Source: Paraphysomonas bandaiensis (taxonomy: Eukaryota; Protista; Chrysophyceae). From it: DNA of 64,000 bases. Positions 49,201 to 60,692 of this stretch are shown here, in pieces. The stretch is taken from assembly GCA_965644295.1 (NCBI GenBank), contig CBFFRP010000616.1:1-64000 (forward strand), in the 5' to 3' direction. The position numbers and the translations under genes are program-made. The number at the start of each line of letters is the position of its first letter. Position 1 is the stretch's first letter. The notes under the pieces are model-generated. The model did not search any database. It saw only the letters and a list, made by a program, of their open reading frames with translations, and was not told where the DNA came from.

Positions 49201-49726
49201 ATAAGGACGACAGTGACGAAGAGTTAGAACACTTAGAGTACTAGTTGCCGCGCATTGCTAATGGGTATTCATTATCATTTAGCATGTCACTTGTGTAGAC
49301 GCCGTTGGGCATCCGGGAATGGGCCCCACCTAAAGGACGACATCCGGGGTATTGGGCTGCCTGCTGATGTCAATCATCCAGGCTATTCACCTTAACGACT
49401 CAAAAAACCAGAAGTCAGCAGATGTTAAGTATATCAACATTCTGCTTGCTCACGGCGTTTGCTTTGAGTGATAGAGCAAAAGTGGTTGCGCCTTGGTTCT
49501 TGCGGCGACGCGCAAGCAGCTTTTGTAGCGTTAAACAGTAGGATAATAGAGTTTGTACTGGTTTTTTTAATTGTTTTACTACATTAATTCTGGCTCATAA
49601 ACGCCTATTGCTAATAACCAGACATTCACTACTTTGAAAATATTCAGCTTAGCAGTATACATACTGAGATAATAAGTTTGGTTGCACTGAGCAGGCGTTC
49701 ATATGTATCGGAAGGATAGACTACAT

Positions 49727-50593
49727 CAGGGCTAGGAAACAATATATTGCAATGCTATTGTTAGAGAGCATTCCAACAATACTATTGATGGAGATTTTAA
49801 ACAGGCCCAACAATACAATAATTACAATATATGGCAATATATTAGTATGACTAATCGGTAAGTAAACACATCCATAGATTCCATTTTTAGTTTTAGTCTC
49901 TAAGATCACATCACAACCAAACCAACTACTGCTTATAGCTAATAAAAATCCACCTCGTCCTCATCCTCTGAGCCATCAAGCATCGGTGACGTCAACATCA
50001 CCATAATATTCATTCACAGAATTAATTGAAGTATGCTAGTATCCGGCCACAACTGTCGATTAGCTTTCAGAAACAACAGCATACTAAGTAGGATAGATAC
50101 TTTTGATATAACTGATATAATATGTTTAGCTGCGCTGAACAAACGTTCCCATGTATTGGAAGTAAAGATTTACTTGACTTGATTCTCCTGTTTGAAGCAG
50201 CTTGGAAACTCTTTCAAACTTTCTCAGGTCTTGTTTGTTTTCTTTCAACCAGACTCCAAAAACAGCGGTAATTATCTCTACTCTTGTATGCATTCATCTT
50301 ATTTATTAGTATGAATATATATGCTACATTTTAAGAGACTGTACATACATGTGTAGAGTACTGTTTGAGCTGGCGATGAATAAAGTATAGAAAATAAAGT
50401 CTTCTTATTTTCCGGAGTATTTATATCCATTCTGCACCCTACAGTTGAGAATCTCTTCTTATATGACTATCATAATATTGATTGCAATATATTGTGAGCT
50501 ACTTTAACAGAAACAATATTGATGAGATTTTTGGCCGGTCGACCAATCAATATATTGTACAATGTATTGCAATTCAATATATTGTTAGCCCTG
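49727..50593 (-). mobile_element. Non-autonomous hAT element, 867 bp
   Basis: TIRs CAGGGCTA..TAGCCCTG and 8-bp TSD GACTACAT (49719-49726, 50594-50601). Subterminal CAATATATTG repeats. Minus-strand remnant IFTSNTWERLFSAAKHI near 50120-50170. Confidence 0.9.
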
Positions 50594-51382
50594 GACTACA
50601 TGTCTATATGACTTTTACTTAGATCTTAGATATATCAACTCTTTATTGTTTTGTTGGGATGAATAAATGCAATTTCAGCTGCGTTATTGTTTGCCTGTAT
50701 TCCTATCAGTACGGGAATACATTGTAACGGTATCTTGCTCAAATTCCTCGAGGGTTTGGAGTTTGGATCACCGCAATTTCAAAGGAGATAAGATATCTTA
50801 GCTTGAATAAATATCATTTATCTCTATGATCTTCCTGAAATAGATTCAGCTGTTAGATAGTTTAATAATTTGATGACTACTACCATTGCTTGCAATGATA
50901 AAACTGATCACCCATGTTTAATGTTTAAGTACGTAGTAGTTACTATGTACTATAATATATTGTAATCCAGCTTAAAATAATTATATTGGTGTTCTGTTCT
51001 AGCCCGTCGACCAATCAATGTTATAACAATACAATATATAATACATTACTCTCTTGACTATCCTGTATAAATTACTCCTCGTTTTTCTTTAGACTTGGAC
51101 AAAATTTCTTTTAAAGGTACTACATATATATATATATGTTACGTTGACGATAGTTGTCACGATGAAACCATGGCACTCTATGCGGTTATGTTGAAGCGCT
51201 GCTACCAGTAAAACACTTGATAGCACTAAACAACAATTGGAATATAAAGAAAGAAAAAACAGTCAGACACTATGAATACATTATTACATAATTCACATTA
51301 AATATATATATAAATCATGAGGCCCCTCCGTGCATCCCTCCGGCGCTGTCACACATACTTTACAGCTTATCAATAGAGTTGT

Positions 51383-51613
51383 TTACTTTTGTTGTTGAGA
51401 GGGAGCCTCAGGTGATGAACTGTTGGAGATGCCGTCACCCTTTTCACTAATTTCAGAGATATACTCCAGCTGGCTCTGGTACATGTGGTGGATGCCGAAC
51501 AGCACGATGCCGAGCACCACCATGTTATAGAACCCGTCTGTTGTGCGGGGACGAAAATGAGGCTGCTTCAGGCTGCTTCCTGACCCCATCACACGCTTAA
51601 ACTTACTCCACAT
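51383..51613 (-). CDS. Small hypothetical protein with one TM-like segment; may have upstream exons
   Basis: MWSKFKRVMG..FYNMVVLGIVLFGIHHMY.. GC-richer than the flanks. No family recognised. Confidence 0.4.
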   Translation of the reverse strand: MWSKFKRVMGSGSSLKQPHFRPRTTDGFYNMVVLGIVLFGIHHMYQSQLEYISEISEKGDGISNSSSPEAPSQQQK

Positions 51614-52302
51614 TGGATCGGTGTATCTATATGCGGTGTACTCAGTGCGGTACGAGACTGTGATATCATATGAGCTGTACATACATACACGTACACACCC
51701 ATCTACATACTGTATATGTATACGATAGCTGTGTGGATGTTATGTATGAGAGTGCTCACTACCTGCCATTAATTCATGTATACCACAGTATACAAGCGTA
51801 TTCCCTACATCTAGAACATACTTCCCTGTATACCGGTATACCGTATACGATATATATACAGTGGGAATACAGCAGTAGAGTACGTTGATGTACGTTACGG
51901 TCCGTATGCGGCCCCCCTCACACCTCCCTCCCCTCCCCTCCCCTGTCCGCCCTCTGTATAGCTGCAGAGTATACTATACCGTATACCCTCCCTCCCCTGC
52001 CCCGCCCACTCTCCATGTATAGTATATGTATATACATACACCTGCATGAGCGTGTATACTCTGCTCTGCTCTCTCTGTGTAGTAGACACCGCTCTCAACT
52101 ACACATACACATAGAGATGCCTCACATGACTAACTCCCTGATAATATCTATGCTATAAGTCACTGGGAACCCCCCTCTCTGCCTCTCTGCCTCTCTCTCT
52201 CTCTCTCCCTCTCTCTGCCTCTCTCTCTAGGGCCCTTGGTCTAGTACAACACACGAGAGGCCCTCTATCTCCATAGCCCACAGGCTATAGCCCATCATCA
52301 TC

Positions 52303-52764
52303 ATGCCCTCTCTATCAGGTAAAGTGGGGCCAGTGTCTAGCGGATGCATCCCTCCTCATCATCATCATGCTCATGCTGCAGCCCATGCTGCCCTTCAAGA
52401 GGCTCACAGGACGCATCAGCATCAACAGGCTCCTTACTTGAAGCTGTTAGGAACAAAAGAAGAAATGAAAAGATGGAAAGCACTTAAAAAATTGGGAATA
52501 AATGACGATGATTTCATGTTTGGCTGCGCGTTAATGCTCGACAGCACTGGTCCCATACGCTCCAAAGATGAGGTACTGCTGGGTTACTCGTCTGGCCAAA
52601 TCCGCCGTAGCAAGGCTGTCGCCGTTCTAGGTACTACAGAGGAAGAGATCGATGAACTCCGTACAAAGAAACTAAGTGAAATTGGAACTAGACGCAGTGT
52701 GACTCCTCCTGCATCATGTTTTCGGTGGAAGATTCCCCAATCCCAAGCCTACTCAATGGGGTAG
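52303..52764 (+). CDS. Hypothetical 153-aa protein with a His/Ala-rich N-terminus
   Basis: Single-exon ORF after a CT-rich leader, with an internal repeat KALKKLGINDDD / KAVAVLGTTEEE. Confidence 0.6.
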   Translation: MPSLSGKVGPVSSGCIPPHHHHAHAAAHAALQEAHRTHQHQQAPYLKLLGTKEEMKRWKALKKLGINDDDFMFGCALMLDSTGPIRSKDEVLLGYSSGQIRRSKAVAVLGTTEEEIDELRTKKLSEIGTRRSVTPPASCFRWKIPQSQAYSMG

Positions 52765-54673
52765 CGACTGTACATTAAGAAAATCGTTTTATTGTTTGTA
52801 TAACTTGAAAATATGGGTTTCTTTTGGTGTCAGCTTATGCAGGTATATGAGTATCTTATCGTCTTTCATTTGTGAAAACGATAAGTTTCAGTTCAATAAT
52901 TCGTAGCTGCCAATATTGCTTTGTTATGGTAAACATGAAAGTTATAATGATAGTCATGTATTCATCTTTACCACAATGTACCCATACATTCTACTTGTGT
53001 TTAATCTGATCATTCATGGATTATACCAGTATGTAGAATATAGTATTATTTCGATATTGTAGTTGTTTTGTCTTATATATTTAGACTCAACAGTACAATG
53101 CAAGCGTACAGCATACTATTCAGTAAGAAAGAGTCGTAAACTCAATGAAAACAGTGACACATAAACTGATAAGTAACTGTCAACATAGCTTGTACAATAC
53201 TTCAATTTGCATTTTAAGGTACACTCCAATTGAAAGCATCAAATCGTGGGACAAATTAATAATTAAAGAGCCAGTAATTCTATTAATATGGCTCCACAGA
53301 AACGCTATACCGGAGCACTCTCAAATGAGGAAAAGACTGCCAAGATTAGAAAATCAGCTCAGGATTCGGAAGTCAAACGGTACTGGACAAAGAATTGTTC
53401 CATCTCCCAGCTGAGGATGTTCTGAGTCGTCACCCAATCTTCACAGTGCGGAGGGTTACTCTCTTGTCTGGTGAATATATTTTTGAAATTTGTTGTACAC
53501 TTTCTAATAACAGCCATCATAGCACAAGATACCGATTCTTCACTACACTGGAATCAGCTCTAATTCAGGAAAAAGTCGGGGTAATACCAAATCATATCAC
53601 CAGGTTTTAGTATGATCCCCGGTTTAAAGACTCGTCTCCAACCTTACCCTATCTCGGAATTATTGCTTTTAGAAGCAGCTATCTCCCAATTTTAGACCTT
53701 TTCTGCGGTAGGATGTAGCTGGCAACGAGAAATTGATTTTCACAAGTTAAGCTATAAAGCATGAAAGAGTGATGATTACATTGATTTTTAAAGCGTAGGT
53801 AACAGCCCATATAGGTGTGAATTATATATGAAGCCAGACCGCGTGGCTTGTGGATCAGCGACTTTATATATGTTGAACATTTAGCTTCACGATGTCATCA
53901 GTGCTCATGGGCAGTCTATATCCCAGTCAGTATTGTGTGTTCACTCTTTAAATTTAACTAAAATGGCACACTGTGCTAGTATAATAGACGCATACTACCT
54001 GGATTATGCTGTTTAGGAAGGGCAAAGTTCATTGCTGCTGTGAATTCATATATATATAGTTAGTAGGGAGTCAATATATACCAACGGTGACTGCAAGGGG
54101 ATGTGGGATGTGGTCATTCACGCACCAAGGATGGTAAAATGTACACTGCTCTGTGAGTAATGTACAATAGAATAGCAGAACGTCTGATAGAAAGTTTGTA
54201 CTGACAATGGGAACATGATGTTAAGTGCAGATTAAGCGCAAGATATTATGACCACGTAACATGGACATAGTGGTAGAGGTCACCTGGATGAAACGAGGAA
54301 GTTCAATACGTTTGCATTTGGCTGTGTGTTGCACAATACTTGTTGCAGGGCTAAGATAGTTAGATTGAACTCACGATGATTAGTACGGTTTACGTGAGTC
54401 GCTCGCAAACCAAATGCTAAAACGTATGTATGTGTGTACAACAAGCTAACTTTCTAGTATAAACCTACTATTAGATTATAACTTCAAATCGTTCGAGTTC
54501 AGACATAGTAATAATATTGAATTGAATATAATATGCTTAATGCTTAACATAATTTATGTTTGTTTGTAATTAATTACCTGTGTAGCAAAATTGGGTATAC
54601 CAGCAGGTATACGAGGAACACCAACAAAAGAACTCGTCGAATCAATCCCGGATAGGATCGAGTGTCAGTTACT

Positions 54674-54990
54674 TGTCAAAGTTATGACACAATTGGATGA
54701 CTTACTAATAAGTTAACTGGACGTGTATTCACACCTTAAGCTTATCATAAAATTATAATCAATATCTCTTCTCATTCATCAATTTCATGTTATATCTACG
54801 ACCAATCACTTCTCGTACGATCTTACATCGTCACTATCTTGTATGATCACTACATTATATTCAGTTTCATTACTACAGTAGCTATCATGTTGTTAGTTCT
54901 CATAATACTGTTAACCACTACTGTATTCTTCGACTAATGGTCATAATTCCAATACCTTAGAATTACAGCTTTTCATTGCTTCAACAGCAG
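54674..54990 (-). mobile_element. Diverged solo LTR of the Copia-B family
   Basis: The reverse complement aligns with the Copia-B LTR, e.g. TCTCGTACGATCTTACATCGTCACTA and TACAGCTTTTCATTGCT. Confidence 0.75.
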
Positions 54991-55495
54991 CACTGCGCCT
55001 TACTCCTACCTCGCCTTCAGCGTCAGCTTGTCAGCTTTGGCATTTGAACTCGCTAGCAGTATAATTAGAATATGCTGTTCATACGATAGATAACTTGCAT
55101 TGACAATTAGCACCATCCTGGTTTTCTTTATCAGATGAAGACCAGGCCCAATATTTCTTGTCTACCGAATATTCAAGCTGAATGTCTCTTTTCCGATGCT
55201 ACATACTACATACTGTTGAACCCAAAACAGGTTTGAAAAATACATATTGAGAGAAAATGGAGATAAGTAATATAAGAACCAAATATTATTAAATTTTCGT
55301 GCAGTGATGGACTGCTTCATTGCTAGCTCGCACATGCAGCAATGCAGTCCGATTAAAGCTGTCTCATGGTTTAGCTTTATTATCAGGCTAAACCAATGTA
55401 ACAGGAGTATGAACTTGTATATACACCATACACTTTTCGCCTCTCATCCATTGAACACATGGCATGTAAAGCACTACTAGCTATTAGATGCATGT

Positions 55496-58400
55496 CTATG
55501 CTTCCATTGGTTCAGAAGAGTCTACCGGCTGCGACAGAGGTTCTGAAGAAGTTTTTGCTGTCGTCCCTGCTTTGGCTCTGTGATATTGTACAGAGGTCTG
55601 ATACCAAAGATTCGGGTGATTGGACACAGCACCACTGTCGCTCTGAAACCAAAATGAATGAGAATTGGTAAGATACTATATTCAAAGTGACTCACCGCCT
55701 TCAAGTCCATCTGTAGGTGACCGGGGTGGGTTACATCAAAGTGGTGTTGGCACGCAAGCTGGTAATTGCTGCTTCTGGTCAGTCGCATTATCTCATTGAC
55801 GTCTGCTGACCCGATCTTGAGGGAATTTAACAATGATGAAAGCTGACCTTCCGGCATATGCCTGCAAGTAGACAATATTACAAAAGTAGTGCCGTATTCG
55901 CAGGAATACATATATATAACTTCATTAAATACCTATACGGGCACCCGTGGTGGGCTCCCGCTTCGGGGGGAGTTCCCATGATGATCTTCATACACGAGTA
56001 GGGAGTGTAGTTCTTGCGCGCTCCTTCCTTGCCGTACATATGTCTGAATGAGTAGGCGTACTTCTTATTGAACTCGTCGTGCTGAACTATGCGAGAGAAA
56101 TGGCTCTCCCAGAAGGCAAGTGCATCCTCCATTTGCATACCCTGCAAAACAAATAGTGAACGTATATCACTACTCCCATCATAGACATGACCCACCGCCC
56201 CCTTGAGGAATAGCCCATATTGCAACCTGCCCCAATGCTTTAGCTTGTGGTCGAGCTTGAGAGAATTGTGCAAATGCTATGAATATTATTTTTCACAGTT
56301 TAGAGACATACAACTAATTTCAAATCGGTAGACCTTCATACAGAGGGGCATATTGTATTGGGCAGCTTCCTCTACCATAGCAGGTGTCAGTCGGTCGGCT
56401 GCGGCGTGACCTCCTTCAGAGAAATCTTGTCCGGCATATTGCTTGTTCATATTCTACAAATAGAAAAATAACTAAATAAGCATGCAATCTCACACTTGAT
56501 AACATTAGATTCTCTTTGCAATATTTACCTGGAGAAGGGGTTCTATGCGAGTGTCGCCACTGATTTGGTGGAAACGAATTCCTGCCTCTGACAAAGACTT
56601 CGACAAAATCGCTCGAAACTGCGGTGCGTACCCAATCATATCATCGTATAAAAATAATAACAAGAGTCGTTAACAATGCACATCATGTACAATGGTATAT
56701 GAAACTCTTATAAATGATACTAACTAGCATGAGGACTCACTTTTATCACTACCGTGGATACCAGTTGTTTGAGCGGAACATACGCTTTGCCCCCCTCTAC
56801 ATATACTTCGCGTTTGGAAACAAGGGAGAGTGCCTCCACAAAAGGCACACTGCAAGCACAAGAGCACAAGTGTCTTTAAAAACTTCAGGTACATATAACA
56901 GCTGCTACCTGTATATACTGGAAGTTTGGTAATTCCCCTCTTTGATACCCGCTAGTCCCACTAACTTATCTTTCCTTTCTTCTTTCTCATCCGCCGACAA
57001 AAGCTCATAAGAGATGCCTCTACTGGCCATGAACTCGCTTAACTCATTACCTTTGAGGTGATCCAGTCTGTACTTCAGCAGATCACATTCATGGGACAAG
57101 AACCAGCGTCTCAAATCCTCTGTACGGCAATAAGCTAAGCGGAGAATAAAGTGGCTAATCTGGTCCTTGCGTTGTTGACTAGTGTACCCGCTCTTGTTTA
57201 ATTCCACATTCATCCCTTTAAGAGGCATATACTTTTCTTCCAGCTACAATACAAAATAAGACATAATAAAAATATATAGAACAAAACGGTTAGTATACAT
57301 ATACATATATCATACCGTCGAAACACAAAAAGAGAGATGTCATACACACATATTACACTAATATTGGGGAGCCAAAACGAATCGTATACATACGGGTGAT
57401 AGATAGAGGACCCTATACGCATCATATATATACAGGTGATACAGAGAGAACCCTATACGCATCACATATATATAAGTAATAGAGAGAGAAGCCTGTATGC
57501 ATCATTAGCCTGTATGCATCATATAAATAGAGAGACAAAAGCCTGTATGCATTATTTGTATATATATATATATTTACAGAGAGAGAAGCCTATACGCATC
57601 ACATATATATAGGTGATAGAGAGAGGACCCTATACGCATCATATATATACATGTGATAGAGAGAGAAGCCTGAATGCATCATATATGTAGAGAGACAGGA
57701 GCCTGTAAGCATTATTTATATATATATACAGAGAGGACCCTATACGCATCATATATATACAGGTGATACAGAGAGAACCCTATACGCATCACATATATAT
57801 AGGTGATAGAGAGAGATGCCTGTATGCATCATATATATACATGTGATAGAGAGAGAAGCCTGAATGCATCAAATATGTAGAGAGACAGGAGCCTGTATGC
57901 ATTATTTATATATATATACAGAGAGGACCCTATACGCATCATATATATACAGGTGATACAGAGAGAACCCTATACGCATCACATATATATAGGTGATAGA
58001 GAGAGATGCCTATATGCATCATATATATACATGTGATAGAGAGAGAAGCCTGAATGCATCATATATGTAGAGAGACAAAAGCCTGTATGCATTATTTATA
58101 TATATATACAGAGAGGACCCTATACGCATCATATATATACAGGTGATACAGAGAGAACCCTATACACATCACATATATATAGGTGATAGAGAGAGATGCC
58201 TATATGCATCATATATATACATGTGATAGAGAGAGAAGCCTGAATGCATCATATATGTAGAGAGACAAAAGCCTGTATGCATTATTTATATATATACAGA
58301 GAGGACCCTATACGCATCATATATATACAGGTGATACAGAGAGAACCCTACACGCATCACATATATATAGGTGATAGAGAGAGGACCCTATACGCATCAT

Positions 58401-59877
58401 ATATATACATGTGATAGAGAGAGAAGCCTGAATGCATCATATATGTAGAGAGACAGGAGCCTGTAAGCATTATTTATATATATATACAGAGAGGACCCTA
58501 TACGCATCATATATATACAGGTGATACAGAGAGAACCCTATACGCATCACATATATATACAGGTAATGAGCCTGTATGCATTGTATATATACAGGAGGCA
58601 GAGAGAGAAGCCTATACACATCATATATATACAGACAGGAGCCTACGCATCATATATATACAGACAGGAGCCTACGCATCATATATATACAGACAGGAGC
58701 CTACATATCATATATATACAGGTGATAGAGACAGGAGCCTACGCATCATATATATACAGACAGGAGCCTACGCATCATATATATACAGACAGGAGCCTAC
58801 ACATCATATACATACAGGTGATGGAGAGAGGAGCCTATACGCATATATATGTACAGGTGATGGAGAGAGGAGCCTAGACGCATATATATGTACAGGTGAT
58901 GGAGAGAGGAGCCTATACGCATATATATATACAGGTGATGGAGAGAGGAGCCTATATGCATATATATGTACAGGTGATGGAGAGAGGAGCCTATACGCAT
59001 ATATATGTACAGGTGATGGAGAGAGGAGCCTATACGCATCATACACATACAGGTGATGGAGAGAGGAGCCTAGACGCATATATATGTACAGGTGATGGAG
59101 AGAGGAGCCTATACGCGTCATACACATACAGGTGATGGAGAGAGGAGCCTATACGCATATATATGTACAGGTGATGGAGAGAGGAGCCTATACGCATCAT
59201 ACACATACAGGTGATGGAGAGAGGAGCCTAGACGCATATATATGTACAGGTGATGGAGAGAGGAGCCTATATGCATATATATGTACAGGTGATGGAGAGA
59301 GGAGCCTATACGCGTCATACACATACAGGTGATGGAGAGAGGAGCCTATACGCATATATATGTACAGGTGATGGAGAGAGGAGCCTATACGCGTCATACA
59401 CATACAGGTGATGGAGAGAGGAGCCTATACGCATATATATGTACAGGTGATGGAGAGAGGAGCCTATACGCGTCATACACATACAGGTGATGGAGAGAGG
59501 AGCCTATACGCATATATATGTACAGGTGATGGAGAGAGGAGCCTATACGCGTCATACACATACAGGTGATGGAGAGAGGAGCCTATACGCATATATATGT
59601 ACAGGTGATGGAGAGAGGAGCCTATACGCGTCATACACATACAGGTGATGGAGGTTACCTGCTTCAGTTTGGCAGTGTATTCTTCTCCTTTTATGTTTCG
59701 CGTCTTAAGGGACTCTATGCCTCTGAGCAGCTGTAGTCTGTCCAGAGCAAAGGTCTCGAACTCATCTATGGTGATCTCCTCTTGCGGGGGCTCCTCATAC
59801 AGAGATATCAGACGATCAGCACTCAGCTTCGTCCTCTTAGCGCTCGGCATCACTCTCTCTGTGGTTCGTAGTATCAT
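55496..59877 (-). CDS. PRIM2: DNA primase large subunit (multi-exon)
   Basis: SLYEEPPQEEITIDEFETFALDRL, RKDQISHFILRLAYCRTEDLRRWF, PLCM..LKHWGRLQYGLFLKG, YTPYSCMKII, HHGCPY, YQLACQ and NHPNLWY, including the Fe-S cysteines. Stop TAG at 55496-55498. Confidence 0.96.
57396..59652. repeat. Compound minisatellite filling PRIM2 intron 1
   Basis: Three segments: a ~190-bp higher-order repeat (57731, 57921, 58111, 58299, 58489), 29-bp units (58631, 58660, 58689), and 39/40-bp units (58814-59652). Confidence 0.97.
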
Positions 59878-60692
59878 CTCTCTAGTGGGTAGTGTACTAT
59901 GCTATAGCTGTAGATGTATGTATGGTGTGGTATGGCTTCTATCTGAGATATCTATCTCGTAGCTATATGTATATGTATATGTATATATGGATATCTACGT
60001 ACAGGTCTCTGTGGACTGGGCTGGGCCCCTATGGCTATGTATGTATACCTACATCTACAGTGCAGCACAACTCTGTGTTTACGCACCCACACTTTTAAAT
60101 TTTAAACCAGGTATGTGTCTACTTTCCTCTTTCAAAAAAACAAATCTGTAAACTGAAAAATCATTGAAGATACGGTTTAGTATTATCAGCGAATACTGTG
60201 TATTTTGTACTTTCATTTTTGTTGTAGTATTTTTGTGATGTGTTGGTGTGTTGGTGTGTTGGTGTGTTGCAGTATTCTATACATAACTGTAATCAGTGGT
60301 GTACTGCAGTACACTATCCTGCTGTAGTTAAGTACTGCTATACAGTATGATGTACTGCTGTATGTAGCTCTCCATATACATATACATATACATATACATG
60401 CAGGCGGATAGAGCGATGAGTGATGCCCCCCCATCATATCACAGTATGGAGTACACACCATACATCACAGGAACGACCTAACCGCATCTCTCTCTCTCTC
60501 TCCCCCTCCCTCCCTCTATCTCTCCCTCTTCTATCACTATCATAGGGAATAAATCTTCTGTAGTCTCGTCTCTGTTGTCTACACACACACACATACATAC
60601 ACACATACATACATAGACTAGACTAGACTAGACCAGCACAGTCACATATCTACATCACCTGACGGTGCGAGTCCTGGTAGTGTTAGTGTTCT

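Noticed and set aside
54100-54340. Possible very old copia RNase H remnant on the minus strand (KCKRIEL..F)
   Set aside because: Too decayed to support by eye.
57396-59652. Regularly spaced 29-40-bp repeats as a CRISPR array, and ORFs within them
   Set aside because: The units are head-to-tail with no unique spacers, there are no cas genes, and the array lies in a spliceosomal intron.
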